Source: Chara braunii (taxonomy: Eukaryota > Plantae > Charophyceae). From it: a stretch of DNA of 50,836 nt. The notes under the pieces were generated by a model that saw only the letters and a list, made by a program, of their open reading frames with translations, had not been told where the DNA came from and searched no databases. The stretch's first letter is position 1. Each line of letters begins with the position of its first letter. The position numbers and the translations under genes are program-made. The DNA lies in NCBI GenBank assembly GCA_003427395.1, contig BFEA01000028.1, forward strand, positions 318,183-369,018, read 5' to 3'. Of this stretch, positions 12,088 through 23,714 are shown piece after piece.

Positions 12088-13754
12088 GAGCCTCGTTCAC
12101 GAAGTGTCAGTCCCTTTGAGGGAAACGACCTCTTTTTTACCATGATTTGGTTATGGGTCGTTACAGGCCTAATGGTGTCGCCTGGGTGGATTTGGTCTGA
12201 GAATTTTTCTGAAAAAGATGAGGAATGGTTGTCCTTTTTAATAAGTAACTTACATGGGCCTGAAAAGCAAGTAGGCTGCGGAAAACAAAGAGCTGTTTTT
12301 TCTTGTGTACTATTGGAGCAATTGAAATGCCCATTCGGATAAGGTAGAGAAAATGATGTTGGACCCGGTTTCTAGCCCTGTTCTGATATTGTCAAGAGAT
12401 TGTCCAAGGGCCAACGGAGTTAGCGTTTTGCCTAACCCATTTTTTCGGAGCTTAAAGAGATTTTGGAAAGCTAAGTAGCATGGGATACTGGACCCGGTTT
12501 CCAGTTTGTTTTTCGATAAGGAAACTTTGTAGTTTTTGTTCTTCAAGGTTTATGTTAGGAAAGCTTTCTGCAAGGGACGCTGGACCTGTTTTCTAGCACA
12601 AGTGTTGATGTAACAGACATAGTCGGTGAATCTACGAGCTCCGCTCATAAGCGAAATTGGCTGATGCTGCCAGGATAACTCCGATTTGAATTGTGAGGTC
12701 CCCGACCATGTGAGGTAGCCTAAGCTACACTATGTCAAATGAAAAGCAAATGTTTGGTATACACATCCTAACTAATAATCGTAAGTTAAATGTAGCAAGA
12801 TACAATCCTAAAGTCCCGTTGGGAATTGCCTCAATGTTGAAAGGAAAAGATAGCAATATGTCACAAGTAATGTCATGTTGTTGAACCACTAAGAGTGGGA
12901 TGGTCTCAGAGGGGGTGAATGCAGCCGAAGAATCGAAACTCCTAAGGGCAGTCACACACAAAAGTGGGATAAGTCATCAGGCTCAGGGTGAGGGAGTGGT
13001 AGCGAAGCAAAACCAATGACCCTAACAGATAGACCATCAAAGGGGGTAATGCTCGACGAAAGGTTGACACCATGCAGGGGCGACCATGAAAGGGGAACTT
13101 AAAAGAGGGTGGACATCATATGCCTAACTGAAGGTATGCAATGGCCGACACTAGGGTGACGAGGGATGAAGTGGGTGAGGGAAACATGCACACAACTCAC
13201 CGACTGGGAGTTGTGTGTCCATGCCTATGCCTATAACGCTACGGTCCCAATGTCTATGCGATACCAACGGAGAGTCAAACTAAGAGAGACCCAACTAAGT
13301 GAGAACCATCATTCGACACATGCAAGGGAATGTACAGGGTAGGGTGGTGGCGTGAAGTAGTCACGTCCAAAGTAATTGAGGTCGATAAGGTAGCTGAAGT
13401 CGTCGAAGTGGTCGATGACGTCGATGAAGTAGGAGTAGAGTCCATGTCGAAGCAGAGTCGAAAAACAGCGACATCCTAAAGAAGTTGATGATGGAGTACC
13501 TGATAGTGTGAGTCAGTAAGAAGATAGTATGTGGTCAAAGAGTCAGTCGTCGAGATACCACAGACGTCGACGAGTGCGCTGTGGACGAGTGGAGGCGTCT
13601 GTCTCCTGCTGAAGAATTGTCTCAAAGGGAGCGGGCTCATCCTCAACAATCTCCTCAACAGGAGAAGGAGGAAGAGGGTCAGTTGGTTGAGTAGGAGCAG
13701 ATGTCTCAGTACGACGAAGCATGATCATATGCACGCATCATCATCCGGGCGTGC

Positions 13755-13875
13755 TCCAAGAGTTCGTGGGGCTCCCAAGCCTCACGATGGCCTTTCCAAC
13801 GCACAAGGTACGTGATATGTGGAGGGGTATCCTAGGTACCTCGGTGAGAAACGATGTCAGAAACGATAAACTCCT
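13755..13875 (-). pseudogene. Chromodomain at the integrase C-terminus
   Basis: Manual translation EFIVSDIVSHRGT*DTPPHITYLVRWKGHREAWEPHELL matches the chromodomain YLVxWKG...WEP signature. Confidence 0.8.
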
Positions 13876-15324
13876 CGCGATCATCCACCATGATAGGTAG
13901 AGGGTACTCATAAGGACGTTCGGCGAAGCGCTCTGACAGTCTGAGATAAGAATGTCGCAAGGAGACGTGGTAAACATCGTGTACGCGAGCTTGTCAAAGA
14001 TAATCAAGTAGCTTCATACGTAATTTGATAAGACTAGTGACAGTATCAGCAACGATGGTCTGAAGGATGCGGCATGGACCGAAGAAGCGACACCTGAACT
14101 TGCGAAGCGTATCCACTTCGAGTTGCAAATGGCGTGCGTCGACAAACACATCGTCACCAACTTTGAATGAATGATCCATTCGTGATCGGTTCGCTCGTGC
14201 AACCATGCGAGTTAAGGAGTCGGATAGACTCTCGTGTGTGCGCTTCATAATCGCCATCATATGGGCGATTCGATCGTCAAGCGCAAAATGTCTGAGCGCA
14301 ACCGCGACGGTCGTAGGAAATCCGCGGGTACGCGAGGGTGGTAGCCGACGTGGCAATAGAATGGCGACATCCCCGTGGCTGGTGAGACAACATGGTTGTA
14401 TGCAATCTCCGCGTGGGCTAAGCGTAAGTCCTATTGCTGGTCAACCCTAACAAACTTTCAAATAAGATTACAGAGAGTTTTATTGGTGACCTCAGTCTGA
14501 CCATTTGTCTGAGAGTAGTAAAAAGATGAGAACCGGAGTTGGGATCCGTACACCTCGTGTAGGCGTCGCCAGAATGTGCTAGTAAAGTGTGGATCACGGT
14601 CAGAGATGATGCTCTGAGGTAAGCCGTGATCTCTCACGACTCCGTTGAAGACCTCACGAGCGCTAATACGATAATGACACATGACAAAACGTGCACGCTT
14701 TGTGAAGCGATCGACGACGACCAAGATAGCATTATGATCGCGCTAAGTTAGTAGAAGGAGGGGACCAACGAAATCCATTGAGATGGACTGCCAACGACCC
14801 TCTTGTATGGGTAGGGACTGAAGTAACCCATACAAAAGGTGATTCCCATTGTTCACCTCCTGGCAGCCCTGGCAGGTAGGACACTCCACGACGTAGGTTT
14901 TGACGAAGTCCTTGGACTTTGACGAGATGTATAGGCGGCTAGGTATCACCCACTGCCGCGGCCATGGGGTCAAGCTTTGGGGGCGACCGAGTTCATGGCC
15001 ACATTGCGGCCATGTTTTACACGGATTTTTCCCGTCGAAAATAATAGGCAAAAAAGAAGGGGTTGTAGGGTTCTTCAAATCCTACAACCCCATATATTTT
15101 TTAAAGCAAACAAAGAATTTTAGGAAGTTAAAAAAAAATAAAAAACAGAAAAGGCGGAGATGAGAAATTTAAAAAAAAAAATTTTTTTTTTTTGGGCATT
15201 TTTGGTTGGCACTGCCTTGTCTTTTTCGATTTTATGTTTTTTTTTTTTTTTTTTTTTTGTAGTAAGAAAAAAATCAAACAATGAAAAAAAAAAACGTACT
15301 GTTATTTTGCAAGGACAATTAGTA

Positions 15325-15440
15325 TGCGTGTGTGTGTGTGTGTGTGTCTGTGTGTGTGTGTGTGCGTGTATATGTGAATGTGTGTATGTGTGTGGGTGTG
15401 GGTGTGCGTGTGTGTGTGTGTGTGTATGTGTGTGTGTGTG
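15325..15440. repeat. Imperfect (GT)n microsatellite before an assembly gap
   Basis: Directly visible; N-run 15442-16099. Confidence 0.95.
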
Positions 15441-18400
15441 ANNNNNNNNNNNNNNNNNNNNNNNNNNNNNNNNNNNNNNNNNNNNNNNNNNNNNNNNNNN
15501 NNNNNNNNNNNNNNNNNNNNNNNNNNNNNNNNNNNNNNNNNNNNNNNNNNNNNNNNNNNNNNNNNNNNNNNNNNNNNNNNNNNNNNNNNNNNNNNNNNNN
15601 NNNNNNNNNNNNNNNNNNNNNNNNNNNNNNNNNNNNNNNNNNNNNNNNNNNNNNNNNNNNNNNNNNNNNNNNNNNNNNNNNNNNNNNNNNNNNNNNNNNN
15701 NNNNNNNNNNNNNNNNNNNNNNNNNNNNNNNNNNNNNNNNNNNNNNNNNNNNNNNNNNNNNNNNNNNNNNNNNNNNNNNNNNNNNNNNNNNNNNNNNNNN
15801 NNNNNNNNNNNNNNNNNNNNNNNNNNNNNNNNNNNNNNNNNNNNNNNNNNNNNNNNNNNNNNNNNNNNNNNNNNNNNNNNNNNNNNNNNNNNNNNNNNNN
15901 NNNNNNNNNNNNNNNNNNNNNNNNNNNNNNNNNNNNNNNNNNNNNNNNNNNNNNNNNNNNNNNNNNNNNNNNNNNNNNNNNNNNNNNNNNNNNNNNNNNN
16001 NNNNNNNNNNNNNNNNNNNNNNNNNNNNNNNNNNNNNNNNNNNNNNNNNNNNNNNNNNNNNNNNNNNNNNNNNNNNNNNNNNNNNNNNNNNNNNNNNNNG
16101 GTTTGCGCAACCCCAATCCAATTCCGAAAACCTCACCCCTCCCCCCCACTGGCCGGCACGCGGCCGCACGGCCATGACCGCGGGGTTGCGGCCACGACCT
16201 CAGTCGGGGCCGCCCACAGCCGCCTTCTTGGGAGATTCATAGATAGGCAACAAACACGAACAACCGTCTTGTGGACGCTTGGTCATGAAACTCTGTTATG
16301 GCTTGGACACGGAGTTGTCCGATGGAGGGAACGCAAATACGTGGTTCTAAGTGACCATATCTACCATGCCAGTACACGAGGCCGTTCTCACCGAGCACGT
16401 ATGAAGGAACGGTCTGACCGCGCCGCAGTATCGCGTGTATATTGTGATAATCCGGGCAGTGGTGGTACTGAGTGCGATACGTGTCGATCACCGACTGATC
16501 AGCAATGGTGACAGAGATGGCAAAAAGATGTATGGATTACTGACTGTGATCAGGACTGCGGGCCACGGCATCAGCGACGCGACTCGTTTCACCCTTGATA
16601 GGCTGAGTGGTGAAATCGAACTAAAATGTATCACGCACCAGCGCGCCTGTCAAGGGGAATGTTTAGGTTTCGTGAGAAAAGCCTAAACAACTAAGTTGTT
16701 TGTGCGCACCGTGAAGGGCGCCCCGTGCAGATAGTGACTCAATGTCGGATAACATAAACTACTGCGAGAACCTCATGTTCATCGGCAGTGTAGTTTATAT
16801 CGGCAGGCAGTGGCTGATGGGAGCAGAAAGCGATCGGACAATCTCCAACATGAGCCTTGATAGTCCCATCCTGATCGGGGAGTAAGTGATAGGAGGACTG
16901 CCAGTAGAGGGAAGTGGTGGAAGGATAGACGTCAGTCGAGAAGCAGTGTCGGCAGGAGGGGGGGAGAAGTGAGGAGTATGGGAATAAGATGAATCAGGAG
17001 GAGAACGAAACATCTGAGAAAGTACAACTATTGCTGCAAAATGTGACGCATCAGTGGTGATGATAAAGGGACGATAAAAATCCGGGAAATGAAGAACCGA
17101 CGCACAAGTCACGGTCATCTTGAGGGCGTGAAGGGCGTCCTCGCAGAGGGGTGTCCAAAACCACAGTGTGTTCTTTCAGAGGAGGGTGGAGGTAAGGATG
17201 AACATAGGAATACCTAGCGTATCCCTGGATGAAATTACTATAGTAACAAGTAAGGCCTAGGAAACTGCGAAGCTACTTGACGGATGTGGGGACAGACCAA
17301 TCCGCAATAGCAGTGATCTTCACGTCGTTCATTTGGAGCCCCTGGTCAGACATATGGTGTCCTAGGAAGTTCATTTTATGCAGGGCAAAGCAACACTAAG
17401 AAGTCATGCTTGCATAAACGTTGTTGGACATCGCGGAGGTGTCTGAGATGGTCTTCTAAGTTACGCCTGTAGACCAAGATGTCGTCTTTTTTTTTGTTTT
17501 TTTTTTTAAAGACATGCTCAAATCTATTCGTGGGGAGCAGCGCGTCCTGGGAATCGGGCCAAGCGTCCCATATGGAGACATGTAGAAAAAAATTATGAAC
17601 AAATTGAAGTACTGGGGCCATTACCCGGTTTCGGCTTGAGAGTATGCTCCAGGATCATAAACAAACTGCTGAAAATTGGGATAGATGATGAGAAAACTAC
17701 GAATATAGATGATGAGGAAAACTACGAATTCTTTTTTACGATCACTAAACACCTCCTGAAATCCGCCCGCAATTCTCCGAACGCTCAAGTATCTAAGGAA
17801 GTTCCAGTAGATCATAACAAAGCTCAGAAAAACTGACTTATTCTCTGAAAAACTCATCCAGGCCTCACGCCCTCTATCCGCTAGGTTACAGAGCAATGCG
17901 ACTCACTCCAACTCCGACCAGTGTCGTCATGTGTCAGGAACCGCCATTTGTCCCTTAGGATGACCCCGCATAGCATCCCCAAATCTCTTTACAAAGCCCC
18001 ATGCCCTCACCTTGGGCAAGTTACAGGGCATCACCCCGGCTCCGGCCAACGTCGTTCTGGCATGGAACAGCCATGGATCCTGAATATAACAGTCTAATTC
18101 CAGTGCAGCTTCGTATAAACCACCAACAGTCCCTCAGAGTCCTGGTGGTAACTGCTGCGAAGATCAATCTTTGTGAAGAAGCGGTTGCCTGCCAGATGGT
18201 CAAACAACTCATCCGTGCGAGGCATGAGATAGTTATTCTTAACCGTGTAACGGCTAAGACCGCGGTAGTTAATGTCGAGGCGGAGAGTTTCATCCCATTT
18301 GCAAGCAAAGAGGACGGGTGCATCCCAAGAGGAGTTATTAGGTTAAATAAAACCCAATCGAAAAAACTCCTCAAACCGATACTTGAGTTGTGTCACCTAT

Positions 18401-19629
18401 GGAATCGAGAGTCGGTAGGGTGCCTGATGGTGGACATGATAGTCAGGCAAGAGCTGGAAGGAATGATCAACACCACACATCGGAATGATCCCGCTATAGA
18501 AGAAGTATGGGAAAAAAATATCGCGGTACTCTCAAATCAGATCGTGGACGACGGGCTCTAAGTCGGTCGTGAACCTCGTGAGTTCCTCAATGTCGGCGTT
18601 GGCACGAGACATATGTGTAGACTTGGCAATGAACGGTGTAGGGACCAAGAATGTCGAGGGGTTATCCGCAGGCTGAGTGAATGTAGAGATAGGAGCCGTG
18701 AAGATGGAGGAAGGGTCAGGGGGACCAGACTCCAAAGGGATGAGCTCAACCTCTGGGCAGAGTGGATCATAGCGAAGAAGATCAATGACGTTCACTGAGT
18801 AGAACGTGACATCCTCCTGACGTATGAAGTAAGTGAACGGACGAGGAGAAGTGAAGGTGATGTATGGGTGGGACCCAGAGGAACGAGGGTCTTGGGGAGG
18901 TAGGTCGGGAGGGGTGTCGCTCGTGGTTCCAATGAAGGGGACTCGATAGGTTTGGCCACACTTTGTTTTGAGAAGGAGTGTCTCGGTCGCCCATTCGGCC
19001 TTTGTGCCATGGAACTGGCGAGACTAGGGAGTGCCAAGGATAAAGTCGTACCCAGTCTGTAGCACATCAAAGTATGCGGAGAAATGGTAGCGTTGAGGCG
19101 CCTGGGTACTATCCGGTGGTTGGAGGGTGAGGAAAAAGTGGAGGTAGGGGACCGTCTGATCGAAAAAGCGTTGTGTCGTGTTTTCTTAGAGGGTAACAGA
19201 GATAGGAGAACGAGACCCGAAGGTAGCTAGACGAGCTTCCTCAACCAGGCGAGGGTGAACGGAATCTCCCTGCGAGCCGAAACCTCTCAAAGCGCGATAC
19301 ACCCTCATAGATGTCCCCCAGTGGATGAAAATGATGGGCAGGGTGCGATCAAGGTCAGAGAATGGAGCGAGAAAACGGCGCAGGACGTTTATGTGTCTCG
19401 TGATTCGCTCCTGACAGTGTATAAGAGAGGGTACGTTTCACAATCACACTCTCGATAGCATAGCACCGAGAGATAACCCCCTCAAAGCATGTGTCAGTCG
19501 ACACTTAAATGTCGAAAACGACCCCTTAAATCATTGAGGGGTGCATGATTATGGGTATAGTACACCATCACTACAACTACTTGTGTATTCATGCATGGCT
19601 AGTTGATATGACAAAGCCTACGTCGCCGT

Positions 19630-20539
19630 TGTCGAGCACGTCGGCTCCCGCCTTTTTGCAACGGCTATGTCACGCAAGTGTAAAACATAAACAAAACAGA
19701 GTCAATTCAGGGACGACGCATAAATAATCCCATGAGTCATCGAGATGGGTGAGATTGAGTCGTCCCTTCGCCACTCTAGCCGGGTGCGCCAGTTGTACAT
19801 CCCGCAATCCCCGACATAATGATAGGTTTCTACGGGGCATAAACTTTCCTTCCCTAAGGGGTTGTCACCACGCTTAGGGGTGTATCCCTACCGAGCTACT
19901 AACCCACGTATGAAAATTTTTATACGCAATCGTAGAGGTAAGTCAGCTGAGGGCATTTGCTCATTCACTGTAGTATGGAAAACGCTTGGTTAAACGCCGA
20001 GTGGACCCGAATGTCGTCCGTTTCCTGGGCGTTGATCTCCTAAGTACGGAGCGTACATTGGTCGACTAGGACGGTCTTAACCAAGCGTGAAACCCATAAA
20101 ATAATCTTAGTGCCTTGACATTTTTTTTAAAACAAAACAGTAAAGTCAATACACCTTATATCATATCATGCAAGATTGGGTTTTCAACTTGATGAGATGG
20201 TTTGCCGAAGTTATTCTTCGCAACCTATATGAATGAAGATATTTATACTACCATTTTCTGATACAGAAGCTCACTATTGACAAAAAGAATTAGAAAGAAC
20301 CAACATTTGAACTCCCGGTTCATTGTTTAACTTAGTAAAGGTTTTTCCTCATTTCAATCAATGTATGCATGACATACATTGGTACACGTTTAATTACCCC
20401 TCAATGCATAAGCATGACAGTGCAATCATCAGGATAATCTAGATAATATTCATCCAGTTGGTCCTATTTACAATGTTGTTTTTTTTTTAATCCTCGGAGA
20501 GTCATATAGACACGACTCTATCATAGGGACACTCAATGT
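19630..20539 (-). repeat. LTR-like repeat family A, copy 1, left part (PBS-proximal/U5 end at 19630)
   Basis: Begins TGTCGAGC. Colinear with 34239-35180 and with the PBS-adjacent sequence at 43774-43945 plus 49390-49830. Confidence 0.85.
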
Positions 20540-22220
20540 TGTCGAGCGCATCGGTCCGGCACCGCAAAAGGCAGCGCGGGACCCTCCCGGCCGCGTCATG
20601 CAGGAGTTGGTTTTAATCCTTCGTCGCGAATATACATGGAGCTTCTGCAAGCCGCTTCGGTCGAGTGTGCCAACCATACCTCCCGCGAGCCCCTACGACA
20701 GGATAGGGCCTACACGAGGCACAACTTACCTCCACCTTACGGGAGCTGTCACCTCCCTTCGGTGGGCGTATCCCTGCCGAGCTACCAGCCCACAGTACGA
20801 AAGCTAATCAGTTGCAATCGCAAAGGTGGACCAGCCGAGGGCGTTTCTCGTTCGCTGTAGCATAGGGGGTACGCGCGGTATTACGCCTCTGTCGCGCCCG
20901 CATGCGAACCGTCAACTTGAGGGTTCGAAGTCCCAGGCGCGGCCCGTCGCCGGTCGATTAGGACGTATCCCACTCACCACGCATACACCACTCTACGAAC
21001 GCAAAAAAATAAAACACACACACACACACCTCAAACAACGCGACAACACTCCTAGTCCCTTCAGTAGTCATCCCATAACTCTCCGATGCGGAAATCGAGT
21101 GGGCGTCGCGCGCGAGACTTAGTGTAAAACCGCGTGGACACAGCGCTAGCTCACATCGACTCGCAATGCAAGCGCACGCAAGCAGTCGCAATGATGGCGT
21201 ACAATGTAGTGCCCATAATCAAGCGGTCCCTCGTGGATCCGAGTACCGCTTATGACACTCAAGTGTCAGACTCGAAGTGTCGTGAGGACCTAACCCCTCA
21301 CCATTTTGCACGGCTGAAGGAATAGTCGTGCAGCCGCCGCGAGACCTCCGACTTTTGGTCTGAGCGTCTCGGTAGGCAGGGCAAATAGGCTCTGCACGGG
21401 GGGCAGATTCCTTCCCTGCAGAGTCTAGGGCTTGGGATGTCCTAGACAAAGACCTTGAATCCCGGCCCAGGACCAACTTCCGACTATAAAAATCTCTAAA
21501 AAGCAAAGGATAAAAGAGAGTCTCCCTTATCTCTCAAGCCATAGTCTGGCTAACCCCTGCGCACGATCACAGTAAGCCGCGCGCATACCCAAGGCACATA
21601 TAAATATATACACAAGGTTTATTTATATAGGACGATCACTTCTCACAGTCACAGTGGGACTCCTCTCAGCCATATATGTATGTAATCGGAGGCAGTCACA
21701 TCCCGATTCCGCACCACAAACATACCTGCAATCACATCAAAGGTCCAACAAAAGTTCACGCACTACACGGGGTCAACCTCAACCATTCTCTATGGTCATA
21801 CCCCTTGCTTTAGCCATACAAATCTCACTCTTGTGCAACTCCCCGAAATAAATACCAAGTACTTTAGTTAAATGACCATTCAATAAAGTCCGGGTGAAAA
21901 CACAATGAAACAATTCAAACCACAGGGCTAAAGCCTTTAGGTTGAGTGACAAGAGTGAATTGGAGTCGAATCGTAAACCAACGAATCGGCAACCGACCTG
22001 TAACACAAGACAGACCAATCCCCAGGCTAAACCTATAAGTCCATGGAGGATAATTCTCATATCACGATCTCACTCAAAGATCTACCTGACTGACTAGGCC
22101 TAAATCTACCTTTAGGCGGTGCCCAAAGCAAAGGTAGATCCTGGCAAAACCTCCCCTATACAGAGTGGATCGCCCGAATCGCCACCTGTCAAAATATAAT
22201 TTATCCCTTTTAAATTAAGA

Positions 22221-22515
22221 AAATTTTGGCAGCGCTTTCCATAGGAAGGGTGCCTTTCCAAAATTTATATCAGTTCGAATGTGAAAACAGAAATAGTCTT
22301 TGACCTTCCAAAGTTCAATTTTGTCTAACTCTCTGAATTAGCAAAAATTTGGGCAGCACTCCCTTTAGAAAGGGAGACTTTCCATATTTTTACTAAGCCA
22401 TATATGAACTTTAGACAAGTTGAACTTTGAAAATTCAAAAATTGACTAACTCCTTGGATTTGTAAAAATTTCGGCAGTGATTCTCGTAGAGAAAGTAACT
22501 TACCAAAATTTATAC
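22221..22515. repeat. Three degenerate ~120-bp tandem units
   Basis: Core AAAATTT(T/G/C)GGCAG...GAA.G...CTT.CCA.A.TTT recurs at ~22221, ~22343 and ~22465. Confidence 0.8.
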
Positions 22516-22811
22516 AAAGCCAAGTATAACAAAAGATCCAAAAAAATGCGAAACTTGATTTAAGTAAAAAAACGTAGCTCAGAAAATGCAGGAATTGAAA
22601 CTAATTCATATGGCTCTACCACGTGGCGAGCGACTAAAGCAACTACCTATCAAACTGAAGCTTAGACCGAGTAGTAGCCTCACTCAGTCACATGCAGGTC
22701 AGACCACAAAAGTAAGTACTCTCGCCATCCCAAAGTCAATTTAGCAAACAATAGTCCATGATCTTTCAATGATTTAGCCCCTTATACCCAACTTACATAC
22801 GGCGTAAAGTA

Positions 22812-23714
22812 AGGTCATCCAATCTTATGGAACATGTCTGACTCAGCCGTTCAGTATACACGAATAGGTTGCACAACTACTTCTCTCTTACTTTGGGCAC
22901 ATGACTAAGTCGTTCATCTTAGAAATAATGCTTAGTTGCCCTGAACTGTTTGATACCCAAATTGTATATACTTCTCTGAACTTAGTGTTAAAAAGCTGAG
23001 CGTAGGACTGAGCAATTCATCTTAGAAACAAAGTTCAGCCCGCCCAAAGTTACCTTCAATTATATTTTTAATTATACTCTCCTCAAGTTTATGATAAGCT
23101 ATAGTCAGACCACCCAATCTTAAGAGACCCTGTCTGACTAGCCTGTTCTTAAATAGAATAGTAATAAGATATAGCCAAATTATAACCTTTTGGGTTCCAA
23201 CATGTGCGAGGCATGGGACCAGGTCATCCAATCTTATGGAACATGTGTGGTCCTCCGCCGGGTTCATTTTTCTCTGATCCATCTGTGTGCGGCATGAGTC
23301 CAAATCCATCCAATCTTATGGAACATGCTTTGTCCTCAGCGGAAGTTTACTCCCTCAGAATAAAACAAACGAAAGAGTTGAGTCATTCATCTTAGAAACA
23401 AAGCTCAACCCCTTTTTCTCAGCACAAAAAAAAAGACAGAGTACTCTGAGTTAAACCCAGAGACCGTTCAGAAACCAACCAGAAATAAACAGCGACCAGA
23501 CCATTCTTCTTAGAAACAAAGTCTGCTCCTAAAGTTTGCACAGTCAAAACCCCACAAAATAAACAACCAGGTCATTCATCTCAGAAACAGAGCCTGACGA
23601 AATTAAGTGAACACAACGACCAAACCATTCATCTCAGAAACAAAGCTTGGCCTTTTTAGAAAACAAAATAAACACAGCTGTCAGGCCATCCAAACTTATG
23701 GAACCATGCCTGAC
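22812..23714 (+). repeat. Array of 11 conserved stem-loop motifs
   Basis: Each unit: variable outer stem - CA - inner stem (TTC/GAA or TCCA/TGGA) - ATCTTA-like loop - ACAAA/ACAT - complementary outer stem. Confidence 0.85.

Larger units (their letters stand above)
5248..12090 (+). mobile_element. Near full-length, inactivated L1/Tx1-like LINE (ORF1 + APE-RT ORF2)
   Basis: ORF1-like region followed by ORF2 with endonuclease, RT and C-terminal CCHC motifs in canonical order. Element ends, tail and TSD not identified. Confidence 0.9.
13480..19620 (-). mobile_element. Fragmented Ty3/gypsy chromovirus pol region (RT-RNase H-integrase-chromodomain)
   Basis: Domain order on the minus strand: RT (PRTDELFD..FAKID-like at ~18150-18230; DDILVY ~17480), RNase H (FIITTDASHFA ~17050), integrase (HDQA ~16290; CPTCQ; SISMDFVGPL; VVDRFTK; SIISDRDPHFTS; QTNGQTE; FFGPC), then chromodomain. 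Interrupted by insertions and a gap. Confidence 0.9.

Noticed and set aside
13476-13660. Second chromodomain
   Set aside because: Only faint resemblance (FETILQQE...LWY); the core motif is not recoverable.
18001-18561. Plus-strand ORFs 18001-18561 and 32049-32489 as a conserved gene pair
   Set aside because: They are antisense shadows of the minus-strand gypsy RT fragments.
22812-23714. CRISPR array or integron attC array interpretation of the repeat-spacer pattern
   Set aside because: Eukaryotic TE context, no cas or integrase genes, repeats are degenerate with variable stems, spacer lengths are very uneven, and there are no cassette ORFs.
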